The position numbers were made by a program, and so were the translations under genes. From positions 1 to 32,502 of the forward strand of contig JAUCBJ010006031.1 of the NCBI GenBank assembly GCA_032718475.1: DNA of 32,502 nt, written 5' to 3'. The notes beneath the pieces are model-generated. The model was not told the DNA's origin, searched no databases, and was given only the letters and a program-made list of their open reading frames with translations. Positions 10,956 to 20,610 of this stretch are shown here, piece after piece. The stretch's first letter is position 1. Each line of letters begins with the position of its first letter. The stretch is from Nemertoderma westbladi (Eukaryota > Animalia > Xenacoelomorpha).

Positions 10956-11645
10956 AAGCGAGCTTAGCATACAGGTACCACTAACTCAATCGATGTGTCT
11001 GTCGTTCTATTGTTTTCAATTTTAAACTTACTTACTAACTCAGCCAAATCTCGATAAAATCTATCTAAACTTGGTACATATGTAGTCTGGCAAAAGTTTG
11101 GAAATTTTCCAAGTTGAATTTGCGTGTGGCCTTCGAGAAGGTAAGATAAATTCAGTCAATTAATTAATGATTAATTAATTAATGTTGGTTAGGGTAAAAA
11201 ACAGCTTTTTTAACATGGCTTTTAATGGACATTAATTATTTTATAGTATAAGATATAAATAATTATACTTATAGATCAAAATTAAAAACCAGAGTAATAA
11301 CACAGCTTGCTTTATCTCGAAAAAATGATTGGCTGAGTATTTAATCGTGATTCTTTAGAATAATTAGCTAAATAATTTCGTTGAGGTGTTGGTTGACATG
11401 ATAAATTAATATTTCAGTATCAATACTATCGGCTAAGTTTAAATAATTTTTGCAAATTGGGTTGCCTCTTTACCTAAAATTTAAAACACAAATTTCCTGT
11501 TAATACCTCTCTCTGCCTTTCATTAATCCTCTGTGCTCCTGTGGGTTGGGGTGGTTGCAGATTAAGAGGGCGGTTGAAACGTGGGGGGAGGGGACTTTCC
11601 TCTGCTTTTATTTATTCTTATTGGCGGTTTGGTTAAATTCCTTAA

Positions 11646-12545
11646 GGGGGGGGGTAGCACCCCCCTATTTTGGAAATTGGTAAAAAAAGTTTGTTTTATT
11701 CTATCATGTGCCAAATTTAATGGAGATTTCAAATCTGCCAGCAGTTTTCTCATATCTTTTTTCAAACTCAAGTTATTACCCAAAACGTAAGAGCTAGTCT
11801 AATTTTTGTAAAACCTTCGAGCAGCACTATATTTTACAATTATGCGGGGCCCTTTTCATAAAAAAGGCTCTCACGGTGTAGATATGCATAAAATTGCTAA
11901 AACGTTGTTTTACTAGTTATGTGTTTAGCAAGCATGAAAAATTTCGTTGAATAGTTATTGACGAACTTAGAAAATTGGTATTATCTAAAATAGCGGGAAG
12001 GTTTAAATTGTTCCTTAAACTTTAAACACCCATATCCCAGAATGACGTTTTTTCATGAAAAAGGCTATTTCTCCGCCAATTTTGACTGAAATGAGTTGAA
12101 ATTTGGTACACTTGTTAAGATTACCCTTCTCCATACTTCTTCTTAACAAATTAGGTTGGAAATGCCCTGGAGCCTTTTTATATCAAAAAGGCCCAATAAA
12201 AGCCCCTTTTTGGGGCCTTTTTGTTCTAAAAAGGCTCCAGAGCATTTGAGGCAAAATTTGGTAAGAAGAATTGGATGCAGGGTTCTTCTGAACCTGTAAT
12301 CCAAATTTCAACAATTTTCAACAAATATTGGTGGAGAAATAGCCCTTGGCGCAAAAAGACCCTTTTGGCCATTACGGAGCCATTTTGGGGCCAATTTTAA
12401 AAATATTTGGTTTGACTATTCTTAGACAGTCCAGACGACGTTTAGTAGCAGAAAAAATAATTTTCACTCGATTTTATGGTCCAGAGACACAAAAATGCGA
12501 GGTTCAATTTGGGGGTGCTACGCCCCCCCCCCCCCCCCCCCCCCC
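11646..12545. mobile_element. 900-bp Kolobok-like non-autonomous element
   Basis: TTAA|(G)nTAGCACCCCC ... GGGGGTGCTACG(C)n|TTAA; TTAA at 11642-11645 and 12546-12549. Purine-starting TIRs with a TTAA target fit Kolobok rather than piggyBac. Confidence 0.75.
12063..12344. repeat. ~280-bp imperfect palindrome inside the Kolobok-like element
   Basis: Paired blocks GGCTATTTCTCCGCCAAT/ATTGGTGGAGAAATAGCC, GTTGAAATTTGG/CCAAATTTCAAC, CTGGAGCCTTTTTA/TAAAAAGGCTCCAG, AAAAAGGCCC/GGGCCTTTTT; centre near 12203. Confidence 0.9.
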
Positions 12546-12838
12546 TTAAATAACGATTTTGGTGTTTGGGATAGAATTGCACAATTTTAATCTGTATCTG
12601 ATAACTGAGCCTCGTGCTGCGCTGCGCGAAGGCCCCACGAACATATAGAATGGTAGCTGAGCTGTTGTCTGTATCAATAGCTATGCCTGTATGCTGTAAT
12701 GTAACATTCTGAAGAATACCTCAGTTGACAGTTTGCTGGTTTGACTGTTGACTCTCGGTACCTTACCTACTTTAATTAAAGAATTACGATTACCTACTTC
12801 AGTACTTACTACTATTTCAGTACGGTATTTATTCAACC

Positions 12839-15121
12839 ATGTTGGTGATGTTACCATTGATTCCCATGTTGTGTCGCCGGGTTTCCTGGCACCGAACGAT
12901 ACAACCTATTCGCGGTATCGCCCAACACCGCAACGAATTAGGAGCAAGTCACCGAATAGTCGTGAAACTCGGTAGCGCGGTAATAACCAGGGTGGATGAA
13001 TGCGGAGTGAACCTCGGTAGGTTGGCCTCCATCGTGGAACAGGTAGCGGAACTACAGAACTCCGGCCATCAGATGATGATAGTCACTTCCGGTAGCGTCG
13101 CCTTCGGGAAGCAGCGATTACGTCACGAACTCTCGATGTCTCGCTCTATAAAACAGACGTTGAGTGGTCCTGGGGGGCCGCGGGGCGACGCGAAATTGGA
13201 GCCGCGAGCGTGCGCCGCCGCTGGCCAGTCTGGGTTAATGAGTCTGTACGAGGCCATGTTCCAGCAGTACGGACTCACGGTCGCCCAGATTCTCGTATCC
13301 AAACCGGATTTCCTTAACGTAGAAACTAAACTCAACCTGAAACAGACGATAAATGCGCTTTTACAGATGAATATCGTCCCGATTGTAAACACAAACGACG
13401 CTGTTCTTCCCCCTACGGTATCGGCCACAGAAGCGACCCCAGAAGGAATATCTATAAAGGATAATGATAGTCTCTCAGCGATTCTCGCCGTCGAGTTAAA
13501 CTCAGACTTACTCCTCCTCATGTCGGACGTTGACGGGATCTATACCCATCCTCCCGGGGATTCTCGCGCCAAACTCATCGGTAGTTACAACCCGGAGGAG
13601 TTGACCGACGCGATCCAGTTCGGGAGTAAATCCAGCGTCGGTCTAGGCGGGATGGAGTCGAAGGTTCGGGCGGCGAGCTGGGCGTTGAAACGGGGCACTG
13701 CGGTCGTCATCGCCAACGGGTTGGCCAGCAGTCCCGCGATACTCGATATCGTCCGCGGTAAGAAGGTTGGCACTCTGTTTACCAACGCGGTGGACGCAGG
13801 GTTGCGAGTGGAGGCTCAGGCGGAGCGGGCGCGGGCCGGTAGTCGGGCGTTGTTGGCGATGGGGGCGGAACAGCGGGCGCTTGCGATCGCGAAGTTAGCC
13901 GAGTTGCTATTGGAGAGAGAAGCGGAGATCCTGGAGGCGAACGAGCGAGACATTCTGGAGCACAGCGAGTCGATAACGAGGCCGATGTTGGACCGGTTGC
14001 GGCTGTCCTCGGGGAAGCTGGCGACGCTGTCCGAGGGGTTGCGGCGGATTGCGACGGACTCCCTGACCCTCCTTGGACGCACGTTGCGTCGCACGCGGGT
14101 CTCCGAAGGCATAGAGTTGGTCCAGCAGACCGTACCCATAGGCGTCGTCATGGTTATATTCGAGTCGCGACCTGACGCGCTGCCGCAGGTCGCCGCTCTC
14201 GCTATCTCCACGGGCAACGGGTTGCTACTGAAGGGCGGCAGTGAGGCGGCCGCGACCAACGCCAAGTTATCCCAACTGGTTGGCGAGGCCTTGGCTTCGG
14301 TTAGCGACGCGGCCAAGGACGCGGTTCAGTTGATCTCGACGCGGGAGGAGATCTCCGATCTGCTCACCATGTCGAACCACGTGGATCTGGTGATCCCGCG
14401 GGGATCCAACCAGCTGGTCCGGGAGATCCAACGGCTATCGGTGGGGATCCCGGTGCTGGGCCACTCCGAGGGCGTCTGCCACGTCTACGTCGACGACGAG
14501 GCCGACCCCGAGATGGCGACCCGGATCGCTCGGGACTCAAAGTGCGACTACCCGGCGGCCTGTAACGCCATGGAGACCCTCCTCGTACATAAGACCCTCC
14601 GTCACCGCCCGATATTCAACCAGATACTCGAGATGCTGAGCAGCGAGGGAGTGGCTATCCACCCGGGTCCGAAGCTGTCCCAGTCGCTAACGATACAGTC
14701 CCGGGGGGCCACCAACCTGCGGACGGAGTACGGCGCCTTGGAGTGCACGGTGGAGCTGGTGGACTCCTTGGAGGACGCCATCCAACACATAAACAACTAC
14801 GGAAGCGCGCACACCGACGCTATAGTAACGGATAACATGAGTCGCGCGGGTCGCTTCATAAAGGGGGTGGACAGCGCGTGCGTGTTCCACAACGCGTCGA
14901 CGCGGTTCGCGGACGGGTTCCGGTTCGGTTTGGGGGCCGAGGTCGGGGTCAGCACCAGTCGCATCCACGCCCGCGGCCCGGTCGGCGCCGAGGGTCTGCT
15001 CACCACCAAGTGGGTCCTCCGAGGGCGGGGGGAGGTCGTCTCCGACTTCAGTGGCGACCCCAAACTATCGTATCTACACGAGAATCTACCGGTCGATGGA
15101 TTCATTAGTTTTGGGAGTTAA
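12839..15121 (+). CDS. ALDH18A1: Delta-1-pyrroline-5-carboxylate synthase (glutamate 5-kinase plus gamma-glutamyl phosphate reductase), 760 aa, intronless CDS
   Basis: IVVKLGSAVITR, IVTSGSVAFG, NTNDAV, KDNDSL, GGMESKV (kinase); IFESRPDALPQ, DLVIPRGS, CDYPAACNAMETLL, HNASTRFADGFRFGLGAEVGVSTSRIHARGPVG (reductase). Arg-rich N-terminus fits a mitochondrial presequence; true start could be 12839, 12848 or 12866. Confidence 0.97.
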   Translation: MLVMLPLIPMLCRRVSWHRTIQPIRGIAQHRNELGASHRIVVKLGSAVITRVDECGVNLGRLASIVEQVAELQNSGHQMMIVTSGSVAFGKQRLRHELSMSRSIKQTLSGPGGPRGDAKLEPRACAAAGQSGLMSLYEAMFQQYGLTVAQILVSKPDFLNVETKLNLKQTINALLQMNIVPIVNTNDAVLPPTVSATEATPEGISIKDNDSLSAILAVELNSDLLLLMSDVDGIYTHPPGDSRAKLIGSYNPEELTDAIQFGSKSSVGLGGMESKVRAASWALKRGTAVVIANGLASSPAILDIVRGKKVGTLFTNAVDAGLRVEAQAERARAGSRALLAMGAEQRALAIAKLAELLLEREAEILEANERDILEHSESITRPMLDRLRLSSGKLATLSEGLRRIATDSLTLLGRTLRRTRVSEGIELVQQTVPIGVVMVIFESRPDALPQVAALAISTGNGLLLKGGSEAAATNAKLSQLVGEALASVSDAAKDAVQLISTREEISDLLTMSNHVDLVIPRGSNQLVREIQRLSVGIPVLGHSEGVCHVYVDDEADPEMATRIARDSKCDYPAACNAMETLLVHKTLRHRPIFNQILEMLSSEGVAIHPGPKLSQSLTIQSRGATNLRTEYGALECTVELVDSLEDAIQHINNYGSAHTDAIVTDNMSRAGRFIKGVDSACVFHNASTRFADGFRFGLGAEVGVSTSRIHARGPVGAEGLLTTKWVLRGRGEVVSDFSGDPKLSYLHENLPVDGFISFGS

Positions 15122-15402
15122 TTGGGTTTTAATTTTAATTACTTAAAACAACGTTGGTCACAGGTTTTGGGTTGTTTATATATTATTATTTTTTTTGGGG
15201 TTTATATTTGGATTAACTCGGTGCATAATCATAAAGTTATTTATTTTACATCGCTGGTTTTTTTTCCATCATTACGGTCTGTTTTTTAGAATAATTTTGT
15301 GCAATATTGAAATATTCATGAAATACTGCACTTCATGGTTGATTGAATTAGGTAATATAATATCATACCTTGATGGTACAAACCATGTGTGACAGTGACA
15401 TA

Positions 15403-15796
15403 GCGGTACAAATACATGTGGGGTGGGGTGGCGGTACAAATACATGTGGGGTGGGGTGGCGGTACAAATACATGTGGGGTGGGGTGGCGGTACAAATACA
15501 TGTGGGGTGGGGTGGCGGTACAAATACATGTGGGGTGGGGTGGCGGTACAAATACATGTGGGGTGGGGTGGCGGTACAAATACATGTGGGGTGGGGTGGC
15601 GGTACAAATACATGTGGGGTGGGGTGGCGGTACAAATACATGTGGGGTGGGGTGGCGGTACAAATACATGTGGGGTGGGGTGGCGGTACAAATACATGTG
15701 GGGCGGGTGGCGGTACAAATACATGTGGGGCGGGTGGCGGTACAAATACATGTGGGGTGGGGTGGCGGTACAAATACATGTGGGGTGGGATGGCGG
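15403..15796 (+). repeat. 28-bp G-rich minisatellite, about 14 copies
   Basis: Unit GGCGGTACAAATACATGTGGGGTGGGGT, near-perfect; two variant units have GGGGCGGGT. Confidence 0.97.
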
Positions 15797-16924
15797 ATTC
15801 ATATTGCAACGAATGAGTTATTATTATGATTATTTAAAACCAAACCCAGACCATTGTCTATGGAATACCAGAAGTAATTGTTGCTGGCATTGGATTGTTA
15901 TATTGTGACACAGAAGCGCAGGTACTCTCACCAGATGGTGAGACTGAGTTTTTCTCAATCCTGGCTGGCGTACTGCAAGGTGACACATTAGCACCATTAC
16001 TATTTGTACTTGTGCTGGATTACGCAATGAGGACGGCCACAAAGGGTGAAGATCTGGGATTCACACTTCAAGAACGCAGAAGTAGTAGATATCCGGCAAC
16101 TACAGTCACAGACACAGACTTTGCGGATGACATCGCGCTCTCTAATATGCTAGTAGATGCACAGCTTCTACTAAATAAAGTGGAGAGGGCTGCTAAGGAG
16201 GTTGGATTGCATATAAATGCTACAAAGACCGAATTCATGACCTTTAATGTTGATGGAATCATGACAACCATTGATAATAATCAACTAAGGAAGGTCGACG
16301 ACTTCCAGTACCTTGGAGGCTCAAAATCACAAAAAGTGGCCAAAAAAATTATTAAAAAAAAAAAGTTTCCCAAAGTATGTAATATTATCTTAATATTATG
16401 CTCTTGATGCGCTGAATTCAATGGTGGTAATTTCCCAATAGCCCCGACCTCATGGTAACAAATAATTGAGAAATACAGATGTCCATTCCTGTAACACTTG
16501 TCCCACAATGTAACGCCCGATATCAGCCAATCAGAGCCCTTGAATGGCGATTTCCGATGCCTATAACAATTTGTCCCACCATGTAACACCAGTTGTAATT
16601 ACACTGAAATGTTAAATTAACCTAGATTTCGTCTCTGAGTGGGAGCTATGCAGCCATTCCTGATCCCAGTAACACATCCCAATGAAGCTTATTTGAAAAT
16701 AAAATCAATCATAATAAATCTTTATGGTCCCCATTTCTGGAAAAATTATAAAATATTATAGTTCATCAAATAAACATAAAGAGTTTTATTTTTAAATTTT
16801 AACCACTTTTAGGTACTTTATATGAAAATTCACAAAGTATGACGAGTTTATTACCGAGTTTATAACTGTATATCACTATGGCTGAGCAGTTAGTCAAAAC
16901 CTATAAATTGTTCATCAGTTTCAT

Positions 16925-19900
16925 CTCCACCCTCCACAGAACCTCCTGTACTCCCCACTCCATCTTCTACACCCTCCATAGATTCTCCTGTATTCCAAAC
17001 GTTATCTTGTATAGCCGCCACGGATCTTCCCATACCCCCCCCCCCCCCCCCACTCCTTCAAAATTTGTAAATTGTTCATTATCACTTTCATACCCACCCT
17101 CCACCGGTACCTTCCACTCCATCTTCCCCACCCTCCTCAGATCCTCCTGTACTTCTCACCCTGTCTCCCATACCTCCCACTCCGTTTCCCACACCCTCCT
17201 CAGATTCTCCTGTACTTCCCACTCCGTCTCCCACACCCTCCTCAGATCCTCATGTGCTTCTCACCCTGTCTCCCACACCCTCCGCAGATCCTCCTGTACT
17301 TCTCACCCTGTCTCCCACAACCTCCACAGATCCTCCTGTACTTATCACCCTGTCTCCCACACCCTCCACAGATCCTCCTGTACTTCTCACCCTGTCTCCC
17401 ACACCCTCCACAGATCCTCCTGCACTTCTCACCCTGCCCCCCCCCCACACCCTCCACAGATCCTCCTGTACTTCTCACCCTGCCTCCTACACCCTCCACA
17501 GATTCTCCTGTACTTCTCACCCTGTCTCCCACGCCCACCACATATCCTTCTGTACTTCCCACTCCGTCTCCCACACCCCCCACAAATCATCCTGTACCTC
17601 CCACTCCGTCTCCCACACCCTCCACAGATCCTCCTGTACTTCTCACCCTGTCTCCCACACCCTCCACAGATCCTCCTGTACTTCTCACCCTGTCTCCCAC
17701 ACCCTCCACAGATCCTCCTGTACTTCTCAACCTGTCTCCCACACCCTCCACAGATCCTCCTGTACTTCTCACCCTGTCTCCCACACCCTCCACAGACCCT
17801 CCTGTACTTCTCACCCTGTCTCCCACACCCTCCACAGATCCTCCTGTACTTCCCATTCCGTCTCCCACACCCTCCACAGATCCTCCCATAGCTCCCACTC
17901 CGTCTCCCACACCCTCCACAGATCCTCTTGTACTTCCCACTCCGTCTCCCTCACCCTCCACAGATCCTCCTGTGCTTCTCACCCTGTCCCCCACACCCTC
18001 CACAGATCCTCCTGTACTTCTCACCCTGTCTCCCACACCCTCCACAGATCCTCCGGTACTTCTCACCCTGTCTCCCACACCCTCCACAGATCCTCCTGTA
18101 CTTCTCACCCTGTCTCCCACACCCTCCACAGATCCTCCTGTACTTCTCACCCTGTCCCCCCCCCCACACCCTCCACAGATCTTAACGTACTTCTCACCCT
18201 GTCTCCCACACCCTCCACAGATCCTCCTGTACTTCTCACCCTGTCTCCCACACCCTCCCCAGATCCTCCTGTACTTCCCACTCCGTCTCCCACACCCTCC
18301 ACAGATCCTCGCGTACTTCTCACCCTGCCTCCTACACCCTCCACAGATTCTCCTGTACTTCTCACCCTGTCTCCCACGCCCTCCACAGATCATCCTGTAC
18401 TTCCCACTCCGTCTCCCACACCCTCCACAGATCATCCTGTACTTCCCACTCCGTCTCCTACACCCTCCACAGATCCTCCTGTACTTCTCACCCTGTCTCC
18501 CACACCCTCCACAGATCATCCTGTACTTCCCACTCCGTCTCCCACACCTTCCACAGATCCTCCTGTACTTCTCAACCTGTCTCCCACACCCTCCACAGAT
18601 CCTCCTGTACTTCTCACCCTGTCTCCCACACCCTCCACAGATCCTCCTGTACTTCTCACCCTGTCTCCCACACCCTCCACAGATCCTCTTGTACTTCCCA
18701 CTCCGTCTCCCACACCCTCCACAGATCCTCCTGTGCTTCTCACCCTGTCCCCACACCCTCCACAGATCCTCCGGTACTTCTCACCCTGTCTCCCACACCC
18801 TCCACAGATCCTCCTGTACTTCTCACCCTGTCTCCCACACCCTCCACAGATCCTCCTGTACTTCTCACCCTGTCCCCCCCCCCACACCCTCCACAGATCT
18901 TAACGTACTTCTCACCCTGTCTCCCACACCCTCCACAGATCCTCCTGTACTTCTCACCCTGTCTCCCACACCCTCCCCAGATCCTCCTGTACTTCCCACT
19001 CCGTCTCCCACACCCTCCACAGATCCTCGCGTACTTCTCACCCTGCCTCCTACACCCTCCACAGATTCTCCTGTACTTCTCACCCTGTCTCCCACGCCCT
19101 CCACAGATCATCCTGTACTTCCCACTCCGTCTCCCACACCCTCCACAGATCATCCTGTACTTCCCACTCCGTCTCCTACACCCTCCACAGATCCTCCTGT
19201 ACTTCTCACCCTGTCTCCCACACCCTCCACAGATCCTCCTGTACTTCTCACCCTGTCTCCCACACCCTCCACAGACCCTCCTGTACTTCACATTCCGTTT
19301 CCCACACCCTCCACAGATCCTCCCATAGCTCCCACTCCGTCTCCCACACCCTCCACAGATCCTCTTGTACTTCCCACTCCAGTCTCCCACACCCTCCACA
19401 GATCCTCCTGTACTTCCCACTCCGTCTCCCACACCCTCCACAGATCATCCTGTACTTCCCACTCCGTCTCCCACACCTTCCACAGATCCTCCTGTACTTC
19501 TCAACCTGTCTCCCACACCCTCCACAGATCCTCCTGTACTTCTCACCCTGTCTCCCACACCCTCCACAGATCCTCCTGTACTTCTCACCCTGTCTGCCAC
19601 ACCCTCCACAGATCCTCCTGTACTTCCCATTCCGTCTCCCACACCCTCCACAGATCCTCCCATAGCTCCCACTCCGTCTCCCACACCCTCCACAGATCCT
19701 CTTGTACTTCCCACTCCGTCTCCCACACCCTCCACAGATCCTCCTGTGCTTCTCACCCTGTCCCCACACCCTCCACAGATCCTCCTGTACTTCTCACCCT
19801 GTCTCCCACACCCTCCACAGATCCTCCTGTACTTCTCACCCTATTTCCCACACCCTCCACAGATCCTCCTGTACTTTTCACCCTGTCTCCCACACCCTCC

Positions 19901-20335
19901 ACAGATCCTCCTGTACTTCTCACCCTGTCTCCCACACCCTCCACAGATCCTCCTGTACTTCTCACCCTGTCTCCCACACCCTCCACAGACCCTCCTGTAC
20001 TTCCCATTCCGTCTCCCACACCCTCCACAGATCCTCCCATAGCTCCCACTCCGTCTCCCACACCCTCCACAGATCCTCTTGTACTTCCCACTCCGTCTCC
20101 CACACCCTCCACAGATCCTCCTGTACTTCCCACTCCGTCTCCCACACCCTCCACAGATCATCCTGTACTTCCCACTCCGTCTCCCACACCCCCCACAGAT
20201 CTTCCTGTACTTCCCACTCCGTCTCCCACACCCTCCACAGATCCTCCTGTACTTTTCACCCTGTCTCCCACACCCTCCACAGATCCTCCTGTACTTTTCA
20301 TCCTGTCTCCCACACCCTCCACAGATCCTCCCATT
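16925..20335 (+). repeat. 42-bp pyrimidine-rich satellite, roughly 75-80 copies, two main variants
   Basis: Unit CCACACCCTCCACAGATCCTCCTGTACTTC(TCACCCT/CCACTCC)GTCTC; degenerate at the left edge. Confidence 0.97.
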
Positions 20336-20374
20336 CTCCACTCGCACCTCTACCTACTGATCTCGCACTAACTA

Positions 20375-20610
20375 CTCCTCTCGCTCCTCCAACTGCTCCC
20401 CTTCCACATCTACCTTTTCCCCTCGCACCTCCAACTGCTCCACTTGCACCTCTACCTTTTCCCCTCACACCTCCAACTGCTCCTCTTGCACCTCTACCTT
20501 TTCCCCTCGCACCTCCAACTGCTCCCTTTGCACCTCTACCTTTTCCCCTCACACCTCCAACTGCTCCCCTTGCACCTCTATTTTTTCCCACCCATCTCTA
20601 ACTGCTCCCC
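20375..20610 (+). repeat. Second, different 42-bp repeat, about 5 copies
   Basis: Unit CCCCTC(G/A)CACCTCCAACTGCTCCNCTTGCACCTCTACCTTTT, reading PLAPPTAPLAPLPF. Confidence 0.9.

Noticed and set aside
13123-15108. Antisense and alternate-frame ORFs in P5CS
   Set aside because: Shadow ORFs expected in GC-rich coding DNA; no motifs.
12839-15121. Bacterial horizontal transfer of P5CS
   Set aside because: Fused architecture, presequence-like N-terminus and animal-type motifs argue against a bacterial source.
6463-15121. Functional aldehyde/proline gene cluster (ALDH3 plus ALDH18A1)
   Set aside because: The ALDH3 piece is broken transposon cargo; proximity is most simply chance.
15272-15908. Six overlapping ORFs
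   Set aside because: Artefacts of a stop-free 28-bp repeat whose period is not a multiple of 3.
17242-20591. Many minus-strand Gly/Arg/Cys-rich ORFs
   Set aside because: Antisense readings of the 42-bp satellite.
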